Source: an uncultured delta proteobacterium
Lineage (GTDB): Bacteria > Desulfobacterota > Binatia > DP-6
Length of the DNA: 64,000 nt
Reading direction: 5' to 3'
Assembly (NCBI GenBank): GCA_963811605.1
Contig: CAWESA010000010.1
Coordinates: 6,500-70,499, forward strand
In this document: positions 7,942-17,325 of the stretch, in pieces
Numbering within the stretch: the stretch's first letter is position 1
How the letters are laid out: each line of letters starts with the position of its first letter
Notes under the pieces: model-generated
What the model saw: only the letters and a program-made list of their open reading frames with translations
Told to the model about the DNA's origin: nothing
Databases searched by the model: none
Translations under genes and position numbers: made by a program

Positions 7942-10656
7942 ATGGCCAGCGGCTGGAAGGACTACGCCGCCGACGGCATCCTGCGCGACGGCACGTCGGT
8001 CCACATCCGCGCCATCCGGCCGGAGGATCGCGGCGAGCTGGCGCGCGGCTTCGCGGAGCTGAGCCCCGAGGCGGTCTACTTCCGGTTCTTCCGCGTCAAG
8101 CAGCGGCTCAGCGAGGACGAGCTGACCGAGTTCACCGAGCAGGACTTCGAGCGTCGTGCCGCCCTGGTCGCGACGCTGCGGGTGAACGACGAGGAGCGGA
8201 TCATCGCGACCGCGCGCTACGCGATCACCGACGCCGCCTCCGTGCCGCCCCATCGCGCCGAGGTGGCGTTCACCGTCGGGGACGTGTTCCAGGGACGCGG
8301 GCTCGGCACCCTCCTCCTGGAGCATCTCGTCGTCCTCGCCCGCGCCGGCGGCATCACCGAGTTCGAGGCCGAGGTGCTGGGCGAGAACAACCGCATGCTG
8401 GGGGTCTTCGCGAAGAGCGGCTTCCGCGTCCGCCGCTCCCTCGCCGACGGCGTCTTCCACGTCAGCTTCCCGACCGGGGAGACGGCCGAGCATGCCGCCG
8501 TCACCGGACGTCGCGCCCGCACGGCGGCGGCGAAGAGCCTGCGCGCCATCCTGCGGCCGCGTGCGGTGGCCGTCGTCGGCGCGTCGCGCCGACCCGACAG
8601 CATCGGCGCGGCGCTGCTGCACAATCTCCGGAACGCCGGATTCACCGGGCCGCTGTACGTCGTCAATCCCGAGGTCGACCGCATCGGCGAGCTGCGAAGC
8701 CATCCGACGGTGCAGGCGATCGGGAAGCGCGTCGACCTCGCCGTGGTGGCGGTGCCGGCCGCGTCGGTGGCGGACGTGGTGCGCGACTGCGCGCGGGCGG
8801 GCGTACGCGGCGTGGTGGTCGTCTCGGCCGGGTTCGCGGACGCCTCGGACGCCGGCCGCGCCGCCGAGCGCGAGCTGGTCGAGCTGGTGCGCAGCTCCGG
8901 GATGCGGCTCGTCGGGCCGAACTGCCTCGGCGTCCTCAACACCGATCCGGCCGTGTCGCTGAACGCCACCCTCGCGCCCACGTGGCCGGCGCCGGGCGGC
9001 ATCGGCATGCTGTCGCAGAGCGGCGCGCTCGGGGTCGCGATCCTCGACCACCTGCGCAGCCTCAACCTCGGCGTCTCCACGTTCGTGGCGGTGGGCAACA
9101 AGGCCGACGTCTCGGGCAACGACCTGCTCGCCTACTGGGCCGACGACCCGCGCACGCGTGTCGTGCTCCTCTACCTCGAGAGCTTCGGCAACCCGCGCAC
9201 GTTCGCCCGCCTCGCGCCCGAGGTGGCGCGCGAGAAGCCCATCGTCGCCGTCACATCGGGACGCTCGGCGGCGGGACTGCACGCGACGCGCGGCCAGGCG
9301 TCCCCGCCGGCCGGCGCCGACGTCGCCCTGGATGCGCTCCTCGAGCACGCCGGCGTCATCCGGACGACCACCCTCGAGGACATGTTCGACGTCGCCGCCC
9401 TGCTCTCGACACAGCCGGCGCCACGCGGCCCGCGCGTCGGCGTGATCACCAACGGCGCGGGTCCGGGCGTGCTCCTCGCCGACGCGTGCGACGCGCGCGA
9501 CCTCCAGCTGCCCGCCCTGACGCCCGCGACGATCGACGGCCTGCGCGGCGTCCTGCCCGGGGACGCGGCGATGACGAACCCGGTCGACCTGCGCGCGTCC
9601 GGCACGGCCGAGCACTACGAGCAGGCCGTCGCGGCCGTCGGCGCCGATCCCGACATCGACGCCGTGGTCGTGCTCTACGCGCCGCCGGTCGTGACGCGGC
9701 CGGACGACGTCGCCGCCGCGATCGCGCGCGGCGCCGGGCGCGTGCCCGCCGACAAGCCGGTGCTCGCCGTCTTCCTCTCGGCACGCGGCGCGCCGGCGTT
9801 GGTCGGCACCGGGCCGCGCGGCGCCGTCCCCTCGTACAGCTTTCCCGAGAACGCCGCCGGGGCGCTCGCCGCCGCCGCGCGCTGGAGCCGCTGGCGCACG
9901 CGCGAGACCGGCACCGCCCTGGTCCTGGGCGCGTTCGCGCGCGAGGCCATCCGGGCGGTGGTGGATCGGGTCCTGGCCGGCGCCGCCGCGCCGGTGGCGC
10001 TCGAACCGGAGGACCTGGTCACCATCCTGCGCGCCGCCGGCATCGGCTTCGCGGAGATCGTGCGCGCGCATCCCGACGACGCCGTGACCGTCGCGCGCCG
10101 CCTCGGCTACCCGCTGGTCGCCAAGGCGCTGTCGCCCGACCTGCATCCGGGCAGCGACCTGCGCGGCGTCGAGCTCGGCGTCGACGGTCCCGCGGCGCTC
10201 GATGCCGCCGTCCACCGCCTGGCCGACCGGCTCGGTACGCATCGCATGCGGCTCGACGCGGTCCTCCTCCAGCGCGAGGTGCCGGGCGGAATCGACGCGC
10301 TGGTCGGCGTCGCCATCGACCCGGCGTTCGGCCCGCTCGTGGCATGCGGCCTGGGCGGCCCGCTCGTCGAGCTGCTGGGCGACGTCTCGTATCGCGTCCC
10401 GCCGGTGACCGACGTGGTGGCCGACGAGATGCTGGCCCGCCTGCGCACCGCCCGCCTGCTCGCCGGCTATCGCGGCGCGCCGGCGGCGGATCGGCCGGCG
10501 CTCGTCTCGCTCATCCAGCGCGTGTCCGCGGTGGCGGAGATCGTCCCCGAACTGCTGGAGCTCGAGCTGAGCCCGGTCAGGGTCCTGACGCCGGGACGGG
10601 GCGCCGTCGTGCTGGACGGGCGCATGCGCATCAGGCCGATCGGGCTGCCCGGCTGA
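7942..10656 (+). CDS. Bifunctional GNAT acetyltransferase / NDP-forming acyl-CoA synthetase (Pat-type protein lysine acetyltransferase, reversed domain order)
   Basis: N-terminal GNAT (FQGRGLGTLLLEHLV). Then a CoA-binding domain (AVVGASRRPDSIGAALLHNL), a succinyl-CoA-synthetase-like flavodoxin domain and a C-terminal ATP-grasp domain (LGYPLVAKALSPDLHPGSDLRGVELGV). Start ATG at 7942 (MASGWKDY). The annotated upstream extension overlaps the GGCT-like gene antisense. Confidence 0.85.
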   Translation: MASGWKDYAADGILRDGTSVHIRAIRPEDRGELARGFAELSPEAVYFRFFRVKQRLSEDELTEFTEQDFERRAALVATLRVNDEERIIATARYAITDAASVPPHRAEVAFTVGDVFQGRGLGTLLLEHLVVLARAGGITEFEAEVLGENNRMLGVFAKSGFRVRRSLADGVFHVSFPTGETAEHAAVTGRRARTAAAKSLRAILRPRAVAVVGASRRPDSIGAALLHNLRNAGFTGPLYVVNPEVDRIGELRSHPTVQAIGKRVDLAVVAVPAASVADVVRDCARAGVRGVVVVSAGFADASDAGRAAERELVELVRSSGMRLVGPNCLGVLNTDPAVSLNATLAPTWPAPGGIGMLSQSGALGVAILDHLRSLNLGVSTFVAVGNKADVSGNDLLAYWADDPRTRVVLLYLESFGNPRTFARLAPEVAREKPIVAVTSGRSAAGLHATRGQASPPAGADVALDALLEHAGVIRTTTLEDMFDVAALLSTQPAPRGPRVGVITNGAGPGVLLADACDARDLQLPALTPATIDGLRGVLPGDAAMTNPVDLRASGTAEHYEQAVAAVGADPDIDAVVVLYAPPVVTRPDDVAAAIARGAGRVPADKPVLAVFLSARGAPALVGTGPRGAVPSYSFPENAAGALAAAARWSRWRTRETGTALVLGAFAREAIRAVVDRVLAGAAAPVALEPEDLVTILRAAGIGFAEIVRAHPDDAVTVARRLGYPLVAKALSPDLHPGSDLRGVELGVDGPAALDAAVHRLADRLGTHRMRLDAVLLQREVPGGIDALVGVAIDPAFGPLVACGLGGPLVELLGDVSYRVPPVTDVVADEMLARLRTARLLAGYRGAPAADRPALVSLIQRVSAVAEIVPELLELELSPVRVLTPGRGAVVLDGRMRIRPIGLPG

Positions 10657-10733
10657 CCGCTCGGCGCGCCGTCCGGGCTGGCGACGCCGCTTCGGGTTGA
10701 CGGACACCGTCCCCGACTCGTAGGCGTCCCGGA

Positions 10734-12632
10734 ATGCGGACCCTTCGCCTCGCTGCGTGTGTCGTCCCCTGCCTCCTGCCTTGCGCGGTGCTCGCTACCA
10801 CCGCGGGCGGCGGGCCGGCGGCCCAGGACTGCCAGCTCGAGCTCTCCACCCCCAAGCCGAACTATCCCATCTCGCTGCCCGGGAAGCCGCGCGTGGCCAA
10901 GGAGCTGCGCTGCTTCGACGGCGACGCCGGCTGCGACATCGACGGCGAGGTCAACGGCGCGTGCCAGTTCCCGCTCGATGCCTGCTTCCACGTGAGCGAT
11001 CCGGCGCTCCCGGAATGCACGCCGTCCGAGGTCACGAGCTTCGCCGTGAGCGGCGCCAACGGCAATGCCGATCTGCGCGCCCTCCAGCAGGCGGGCCAGG
11101 CGCTGCTGCCCGCATCGGCCAGCACGTGCACGACGGGGCAGTCCGTCCGCGTGGCGCTCCGCGGTCGTGGCAAGAAGGCGGCCCGTCGCACGGTGCGGCT
11201 GAAGGCCCGCGCCGGCAGCGGCACCGACGCCGACAAGGTGACGCTCACGTGCCTGCCGCACGAGTGGCCGAGCATCGGCTTCGATCAGCGCAACCGCCGC
11301 GCGACCCCGCTCGAGACCAAGCTGTCGCCCGCCAACGCCTCGCAGATCGAGATCCTGTGGGACTTCGACATCGCCGCCTACGAGGGCGCCGACAGCGCGC
11401 TGGTGAGCGCCACGCCGACGGTGGGCAACGGCATGGTCTTCGTGTCGTCCTGGAACGGGAAGGTCTACGGCCTGCGCGCCCGCAAAGGGAAGGTGAAGGT
11501 GCGCTGGTCGTACGACACCGGGACCGGGGCCGCCCTCGGCGTGCAGAGCACGCCGACCCTGACCCCCGAGGGCCGCCTGCTGGTCGGTGACAGCGCGGGC
11601 TTCGCGCACTGCCTCGACGCCAAGACCGGCACGCTCCTGTGGAAGGCGAACGTCGGCGAGACCGACCCGGCCGCGTCCCACATCTGGGGCGGGATCACGG
11701 TCGCCAACGGTCGCGCCTTCGTCGGGCGGGCCTCGCACACCGACCAGCCCTGCACGCAGGGCCACCTCTTCGCCTTCGATCTCGAGACCGGCGCCGAGCT
11801 CTGGCGCTACAAGACCGTGCCCGACCGCGTGTGCCGCAACGACACGCACGTCGAGTGCAGCAGCGACGCCGACTGCGGCGGCACGCCGTGCGTGCCCGGC
11901 GTCGGCGGCGGCGTGACCGCCACCGTGGCGGTCGACCCGTCGGGCGAGACGGTCTACATGGGCTCGGTCGGCTGCTACACCCAGCCGTCGATCGGCAACT
12001 CGGACGCGCTGTTCTCGCTCGACGCGGCCACCGGCACGGCGCACTGGATCCATCGCACCGAGTCGATCGAGCAGTACCACGACGCGACGCCCTTCTATCA
12101 CGACTTCGGCTTCCTCAACGGCCCGCTGCTGGTCGACGCGTCGGACGGCGCGGGCGGCACCCGCCGGCTCCTGCTCGGCCCCAGCAAGGACGGCACGGTC
12201 TATGCGGTGGATCCGGCGACGGGGGCGCTGGTCTGGAGCAGGTCGCTGGTGCCGAACGGCGCCTTCGCGGGCTTCGGCCTGTTCAACGCCGCCGCCGCCT
12301 GGGCCAACGACACCCTCTACACGTCGCTCTACCAGACCATCGTCCCGTCGTGGCCCGACGCCAACGACCACCTCTACGCCTTCGCCGGCGCCGACGGCGC
12401 GACGCGCTGGTCGGCCCAGATCGGCGCCAGCTGGAGCGCGGTCGCGATCGCCAACGGCCTGCTGTTCGTCGGGACGAACGAGCCCGCCGAGTACTACGTC
12501 TACGACGCGGCCAGCGGCGCGCGCCTGAAGACCTTCCAGATCCCCGGCCCGACCTACTCGGGCGCCGCGATCGTCGACGGCGTGGTCTACGTCGGCTACC
12601 CGGGCGGCGTGCTCGCGCTCGGGCTGCCCTGA
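10734..12632 (+). CDS. Secreted protein: N-terminal Cys-rich domain + PQQ-like beta-propeller repeats
   Basis: Signal peptide MRTLRLAACVVPCLLPCAVLA. Repeated ...G.LLW../..G.ELWRY.. blades (LDAKTGTLLWKANVGE, FDLETGAELWRYKT, VDPATGALVWSRSL, FAGADGATRWSAQIG) typical of PQQ/BamB-like propellers. Confidence 0.75.
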   Translation: MRTLRLAACVVPCLLPCAVLATTAGGGPAAQDCQLELSTPKPNYPISLPGKPRVAKELRCFDGDAGCDIDGEVNGACQFPLDACFHVSDPALPECTPSEVTSFAVSGANGNADLRALQQAGQALLPASASTCTTGQSVRVALRGRGKKAARRTVRLKARAGSGTDADKVTLTCLPHEWPSIGFDQRNRRATPLETKLSPANASQIEILWDFDIAAYEGADSALVSATPTVGNGMVFVSSWNGKVYGLRARKGKVKVRWSYDTGTGAALGVQSTPTLTPEGRLLVGDSAGFAHCLDAKTGTLLWKANVGETDPAASHIWGGITVANGRAFVGRASHTDQPCTQGHLFAFDLETGAELWRYKTVPDRVCRNDTHVECSSDADCGGTPCVPGVGGGVTATVAVDPSGETVYMGSVGCYTQPSIGNSDALFSLDAATGTAHWIHRTESIEQYHDATPFYHDFGFLNGPLLVDASDGAGGTRRLLLGPSKDGTVYAVDPATGALVWSRSLVPNGAFAGFGLFNAAAAWANDTLYTSLYQTIVPSWPDANDHLYAFAGADGATRWSAQIGASWSAVAIANGLLFVGTNEPAEYYVYDAASGARLKTFQIPGPTYSGAAIVDGVVYVGYPGGVLALGLP

Positions 12633-12635
12633 CCC

Positions 12636-14318
12636 TCAGGCAGTCAGCTTGCGGTACTTGATGCGGTGCGGCTGGTCGGCCTCGGCCCCCAGCCGCTTCC
12701 GCCGGTCGGCCTCGTAGTCCTGGTAGTTGCCCTCGAACCACACGACGCGGCTGTCGCCCTCGAACGCCAGCATGTGGGTCGCGATGCGATCGAGGAACCA
12801 GCGATCGTGGCTGATGACGACCGCGCAGCCCGCGAAGGCGAGGAGCGCGTCCTCGAGGGCGCGCAGCGTGTCGACGTCGAGGTCGTTGGTCGGCTCGTCG
12901 AGGAGCAGGAGGTTGCCGCCGCTCTTCAGCAGCTTCGCCAGGTGGAGGCGGTTGCGCTCGCCGCCGGAGAGGTCGCGCACCTTCTTCTGCTGGTCGGGTC
13001 CCTTGAAGTTGAACGAGGCGGCGTAGGCGCGCGAGTTGACCTCGCGCTTGCCGACCAGCACGACGTCGTTGCCGCCGTCCGAGATCTCCTCCCACAGCGT
13101 GCGCTCCCCCTCGAGCGCCTCGCGGCTCTGGTCGACGTAGGCCGGGACGACGGTGTCGCCCAGGCGAAGCGCGCCGGCGTCGGGCTGCTCCTGGCCGGTG
13201 ATCATGCGGAAGAGCGTCGTCTTGCCGGCGCCATTGGGCCCGATCACGCCGACGATGCCGCCGCGCGGCAGCGTGAAGCCGAGGCCCTCGATGAGGAGGC
13301 GGTCGCCGTAGCCCTTGCGGAGCCCCTGCGCCTCCACCACCAGGTCGCCCAGGCGCGGGCCGGGCGGGATGGTGATCTGCGCGACGCCCTGGCGCGTCTC
13401 CTGCGCCTGGTCCTCCGCCAGGAGCTGCTCGTACTGGGTCACGCGCGCCTTGCTCTTGGCCTGCCGGGCGCGCGGCGCCATGCGCACCCATTCGAGCTCG
13501 CGCTGCAGCGTCCGCCGGCGCGCCGAGCTCTCCTTCTCCTCCTGTCCGAGCCGGGCTTCCTTCTGCTCGAGCCACGAGGAGTAGTTGCCCTCCCACGGGA
13601 TGCCGGCGCCCCGGTCGAGCTCGAGGATCCATCCCGCGACGTTGTCGAGGAAGTAGCGATCGTGCGTCACGGCGACGACGGTGCCGCGATACTCCTGGAG
13701 ATGCCGCTCGAGCCAGGCGACCGACTCCGCGTCGAGGTGATTGGTCGGCTCGTCGAGGAGCAGGAGGTCGGGCTGCTGGAGGAGCAGGCGGCAGAGGGCC
13801 ACGCGCCGGCGCTCGCCGCCGGACAGCGTGGCCACGGGCGTCTCGGGCGGCGGGCAGCGCAGCGCGTCCATCGCGACCTCGAGCTGGCGGTCGAGCTCCC
13901 AGGCGTTGACCGCGTCGATCTGATCCTGCAGCCGTCCCTGCTCGGCGAGCAGCTTCTCCATCTCGTCGTCGGACATCGGCTCGCCGAGCCGCATCGAGAC
14001 GCCCTCGAACCGGGTGAGCAGGTCGCGCGTGGTGGCGGCGCCCTCCTCCACCACCTCGCGGACCGTCTTGGCCGCATCGAGGGTCGGCTCCTGCGGCAGG
14101 AGGCCGACGGTGGCGCCCTCGGCGAGGACCGCTTCGCCGGCGATGTCGTGGTCGAGTCCCGCCATGATCCGCAGGAGCGTGCTCTTGCCCGCGCCGTTGT
14201 GACCGAGCACGCCGATCTTGGCGCCCGCGTAGAACGAGAGCCAGATGCCCCGGAGGATCTCCTTGCCCTGCGGGGTGATCTTGCGCAGGTCCTTCATCGT
14301 GAAAATGAATTGCGGCAT
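12636..14318 (-). CDS. ettA: Energy-dependent translational throttle protein EttA (ABC-F ATPase)
   Basis: N-terminus [13 protein letters not shown]... Two Walker A sites ([18 protein letters not shown]) and two signature motifs ([18 protein letters not shown]). 560 aa. Confidence 0.9.
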   Translation of the reverse strand: MPQFIFTMKDLRKITPQGKEILRGIWLSFYAGAKIGVLGHNGAGKSTLLRIMAGLDHDIAGEAVLAEGATVGLLPQEPTLDAAKTVREVVEEGAATTRDLLTRFEGVSMRLGEPMSDDEMEKLLAEQGRLQDQIDAVNAWELDRQLEVAMDALRCPPPETPVATLSGGERRRVALCRLLLQQPDLLLLDEPTNHLDAESVAWLERHLQEYRGTVVAVTHDRYFLDNVAGWILELDRGAGIPWEGNYSSWLEQKEARLGQEEKESSARRRTLQRELEWVRMAPRARQAKSKARVTQYEQLLAEDQAQETRQGVAQITIPPGPRLGDLVVEAQGLRKGYGDRLLIEGLGFTLPRGGIVGVIGPNGAGKTTLFRMITGQEQPDAGALRLGDTVVPAYVDQSREALEGERTLWEEISDGGNDVVLVGKREVNSRAYAASFNFKGPDQQKKVRDLSGGERNRLHLAKLLKSGGNLLLLDEPTNDLDVDTLRALEDALLAFAGCAVVISHDRWFLDRIATHMLAFEGDSRVVWFEGNYQDYEADRRKRLGAEADQPHRIKYRKLTA

Positions 14319-14395
14319 GCAGCCCCGTTCAACGTGACGGTCGCCCGCGTGTCAACGCGGCGCGCAGTCGCCGCCCGGACGGTCTAGCCAGTAAC

Positions 14396-15220
14396 TTGAC
14401 TCACCTCTCATGCATGGTATCGCTAAACCTCACCGTGCACGCAGTCGAGTGCAGGATCCTCCGGCGGCTGCGCCGCACGCGCGGCAGCCTGGACGGCGTC
14501 ACGGAGTTCGATCTCGCGTGGGACGCCGCCACCGAGACGACCGACCAGGACCACGTCGGGGGCGCCACGTTCGTCGGGGAGCTCGGCCGTGCGGCCGGCG
14601 TCGTCGAGGCCACCCGCGTGCTCGATCTGTGCTGCGGCCTCGGCGGGTCGGCGCGCTTCCTCGCCGCGACGCGCGGCTGCTCGGTGCGCGGCCTCGACGT
14701 GAGCCGCCGGCGGTGCGCGGCGGCGCGGCGGCTGAACGCCCTCGTGGGGCTCGAGGAACGCGTCTCCATCGAGTGCTGCGACGTCATGTCCGCCCCGGTG
14801 GCGGAGCACCGCGTCGACGTGTTGTGGGGACAGAGCGCCTGGATCGACGTGCCGGACCCGGCGGGACTGGTCGCGCGCTGGACCCCGGCCCTCGGGGCCG
14901 GCGGGCGCATCGCCTTCGAGGACAGCTGCCTGCAACGCGAGCCGCGGAGCGACGATCAGCACGACCGGCTGCGCACGCTCGCGCACGCCTGGCACGCCCA
15001 CGTCGTCCCCCTCGACACGTGGCTCGACGCCTTCGAGTCCGCCGGCCTGCGCGCCGAGCGGGTGCAGAACCTCTCCGAGCGCGCCCGCGACTACTTCGAG
15101 AGCCGGCTCGCCCGGACGGCGCCCGCACCGCCCGTCGAGGTGGCGGCGTGGACCACGGCGTGCGCGCTGCTCGAGGCCGGGGTCCTCTCCTACATGCGCG
15201 TCGTCGCGGTCCGTCCGTGA
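14396..15220 (+). CDS. Class I SAM-dependent methyltransferase
   Basis: Motif I VLDLCCGLGGSARFLA, followed by the acidic residue of motif II in VRGLDVS. An internal ATG a few codons downstream is also possible. Confidence 0.65.
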   Translation: MTHLSCMVSLNLTVHAVECRILRRLRRTRGSLDGVTEFDLAWDAATETTDQDHVGGATFVGELGRAAGVVEATRVLDLCCGLGGSARFLAATRGCSVRGLDVSRRRCAAARRLNALVGLEERVSIECCDVMSAPVAEHRVDVLWGQSAWIDVPDPAGLVARWTPALGAGGRIAFEDSCLQREPRSDDQHDRLRTLAHAWHAHVVPLDTWLDAFESAGLRAERVQNLSERARDYFESRLARTAPAPPVEVAAWTTACALLEAGVLSYMRVVAVRP

Positions 15221-15268
15221 GGCGCGCCGGTTGACCCCTTCGACCCCGCTTGCTAGCGGCGTCGCGGC

Positions 15269-15754
15269 ATGCGGGCTGCCCTCCGACTCGGCTGGATCGC
15301 CTGCGTGGTGGCGGCGTGCGCCGGCGCGCGGTCCACTCCCGCCACCCGCTACGAGGGCGTGCTGCTGAACGGCCGCGACCTCGGCGCGGGCCAGGTGACG
15401 CGAGAAGCCGCCAGCGACCCCACCGTGAAGACGTACGTCGCGCAGCACGGCAATCCCGATTTCGTGCTCGTCGCCAGCCCGACCGATCTCGAGCTGGTCT
15501 ACGTCACGCGCTCGGTGCTCGCCTACTTCCACCGGCCGGCGGCCGGCACGCCGAGCGCGGTGAGCGAGGTGACGCCACTGCCGAGCGGCCTCTACCAGAT
15601 GCTGCCGGCCGACCTCCGCGCCGGCACCGCGGCGCCGATGAACCCGGTCGGCCCGAACTGCTGGACGGTGCCGGTGGCGGGCCAGAGCTGTCGCACGTGC
15701 TGCCTCGGCGCCGGCGCGTGCACGGTGCAGTGCACGGCGCAGGGGCCCCGCTGA
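15269..15754 (+). CDS. Putative lipoprotein with a Cys-rich C-terminal tail
   Basis: Signal peptide with a lipobox (LGWIACVVAAC). C-terminal CWTVPVAGQSCRTCCLGAGACTVQC. No family recognised. Codon usage is consistent with the genome. Confidence 0.5.
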   Translation: MRAALRLGWIACVVAACAGARSTPATRYEGVLLNGRDLGAGQVTREAASDPTVKTYVAQHGNPDFVLVASPTDLELVYVTRSVLAYFHRPAAGTPSAVSEVTPLPSGLYQMLPADLRAGTAAPMNPVGPNCWTVPVAGQSCRTCCLGAGACTVQCTAQGPR

Positions 15755-15765
15755 GCATACCTCCG

Positions 15766-16431
15766 TCAGCGCGGCTGGAAGATGAGGAAGTACTGGTACG
15801 GCAGGATCGAGGGCTCCTGGACCAGCCGGTAGCCGGCCGCCTCCATCTCGTGCACCACCTGCTCGCGCCCGAGCTTGTGATCCATCTCGGGGCCGACGGG
15901 GAGCTCCCGCTTCTGCCAGTCGACGATCGCGATCCGGCCCGGCGGCCGCAGCGCTCCGCGCACGCGGCGGAAGTAGGCCACGCGATCGTCGATGTGATGG
16001 AAGGTGTCGACGATCAGGACCACGTCGACCATGCCCGCCGGCAGCCGCGGGTTGTCGGTGGATGCGAGCACCGGGACGACGTTGGCGGAGCCCTCGCGCT
16101 CCGCGCGGGCGCGCAGGTGGGCGATCAGGTTCGGCTCCGGATCCACCGCCAGGACCGTCCCCGCGGGACCCACCGCGCGCGAGAGGAGGCGGCTGAAGTA
16201 GCCCGTCCCGGCCCCGAGATCGGCGACGCACTGGCCGGGGCGGAGCCCGAGCGCCGCCACCAGCTCCTCGGGCTTCTGCCACGCGGCGCGCGTCGGGTCG
16301 TCGAAGACCCCCGCCCAGTAGGCCGGGTCGTCGAAGCGGCGGTGCGAGGTGGCGCCGTCGGTCGCGCCGGCGTGGAGACCGGCCGGGATGCCCGCCAGCA
16401 GCAGCACACAGAGTACACCGGGCCAGCGCAC
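15766..16431 (-). CDS. Secreted class I SAM-dependent methyltransferase (type 11-like)
   Basis: Signal peptide MRWPGVLCVLLLAGIPAGLHAGA. Motif I VADLGAGTGYFSRLL. VLAVDPEP and RPPGRIAIVD motifs. Confidence 0.75.
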   Translation of the reverse strand: MRWPGVLCVLLLAGIPAGLHAGATDGATSHRRFDDPAYWAGVFDDPTRAAWQKPEELVAALGLRPGQCVADLGAGTGYFSRLLSRAVGPAGTVLAVDPEPNLIAHLRARAEREGSANVVPVLASTDNPRLPAGMVDVVLIVDTFHHIDDRVAYFRRVRGALRPPGRIAIVDWQKRELPVGPEMDHKLGREQVVHEMEAAGYRLVQEPSILPYQYFLIFQPR

Positions 16432-16532
16432 GGCCCGTCGATAGCACGCCCCGACCCTCGCGCCGAGATGTCACCGCCTCTTGCCGACCCGGGCGAAGGC
16501 GGATAGTACCGCCAAACCCCACTGCAAGGAGT

Positions 16533-17267
16533 GTGTCCATGCGAACCCTCATCGCCGCGTTGCTCGTCGCGCTCGCGCTCACCCCGTCGGCGCGCGCCGC
16601 GGACGTGAAGCTCGACACCGAAGACCAGAAGACCCTCTACGCGCTCGGCCTGGCCCTGAGCCGCAATCTCGCGAGCTTCAACCTGACCCCGGAAGAGCTC
16701 GCCACCGTGGAGGCGGGCATGAGCGACGGCCTGTACGCCAAGGAGAAGAAGGTCGATCTCGAGAAGTACGGCCAGAAGGTCCAGGAGCTGGCCCAGAGTC
16801 GCGCCAAGGTCTCGGCGGAGAAGGAGAAGGAGGCCAGCAAGCCGTTCCTCGACAAGATGGCCCAGGAGAAGGGGGCCAAGAAGCTCGACTCCGGCGTGAT
16901 CTACATCGAGGAGAAGGCCGGCACCGGCGAGCCCGCGAAGCCCACCGACAAGGTGAAGGTGCACTACACGGGCAAGCTCACCGACGGCACGGTGTTCGAC
17001 AGCTCGGTCGAGCGCGGCCAGCCGGCGACCTTCCCGCTCAACCAGGTCATCAAGTGCTGGACCGAGGGCGTCTCCCAGATGAAGCCGGGAGGCAAGGCGA
17101 AGCTCGTGTGTCCGTCCGACGTCGCCTACGGCGATCGCGGCGCACCGCCGAAGATCAAGCCCGGGGCGACGCTCGTCTTCGACGTCGAGCTGCTCGAGAT
17201 CGTGAAGGACACGACGCCGCCGGCCGGCGCGACCGGGAGCATGAAGCCCGCCGAGCCGAAGAAGTAG
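16533..17267 (+). CDS. fkpA: FKBP-type peptidyl-prolyl cis-trans isomerase (periplasmic FkpA-like)
   Basis: Signal peptide, N-terminal dimerisation helix region, and a C-terminal FKBP domain (VKVHYTGKLTDGTVFDSS...ATFPLNQVIKCWTEGVSQMKPGGKAKLVCPSDVAYGDRG...ATLVFDVELLEI). Confidence 0.9.
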   Translation: MSMRTLIAALLVALALTPSARAADVKLDTEDQKTLYALGLALSRNLASFNLTPEELATVEAGMSDGLYAKEKKVDLEKYGQKVQELAQSRAKVSAEKEKEASKPFLDKMAQEKGAKKLDSGVIYIEEKAGTGEPAKPTDKVKVHYTGKLTDGTVFDSSVERGQPATFPLNQVIKCWTEGVSQMKPGGKAKLVCPSDVAYGDRGAPPKIKPGATLVFDVELLEIVKDTTPPAGATGSMKPAEPKK

Positions 17268-17325
17268 TCCGCGTCCTCGTCGTCTCCCGTCCCGGGGCGG
17301 CGCGCACCCGCGCCGCCCCGGGCGT

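Noticed and set aside
7705-10707. 1000-aa minus-strand ORF, plus other long R-rich ORFs (8217..9119, 8982..10700, 10467..12371, 14423..16618, 19765..22941 upstream part, 20796..24851, 23188..25059, 37129..40707, 37485..40157, 41143..42726, 44151..46460, 60919..63858)
   Set aside because: All lie antisense to or out of frame with well-supported genes and have Arg/Gly/Ala/Pro-dominated sequences lacking motifs. The 19765..22941 ORF is an artefactual fusion of lpdA's N-terminal half with antisense sequence.
10740-11200. Possible relationship between the N-terminal Cys-rich domain of the PQQ-propeller protein (…TCTTGQSVRVAL…) and the '...ATTGQC...' C-terminal module
   Set aside because: Only a short TTGQ coincidence. 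Overall spacing and flanking residues do not align.
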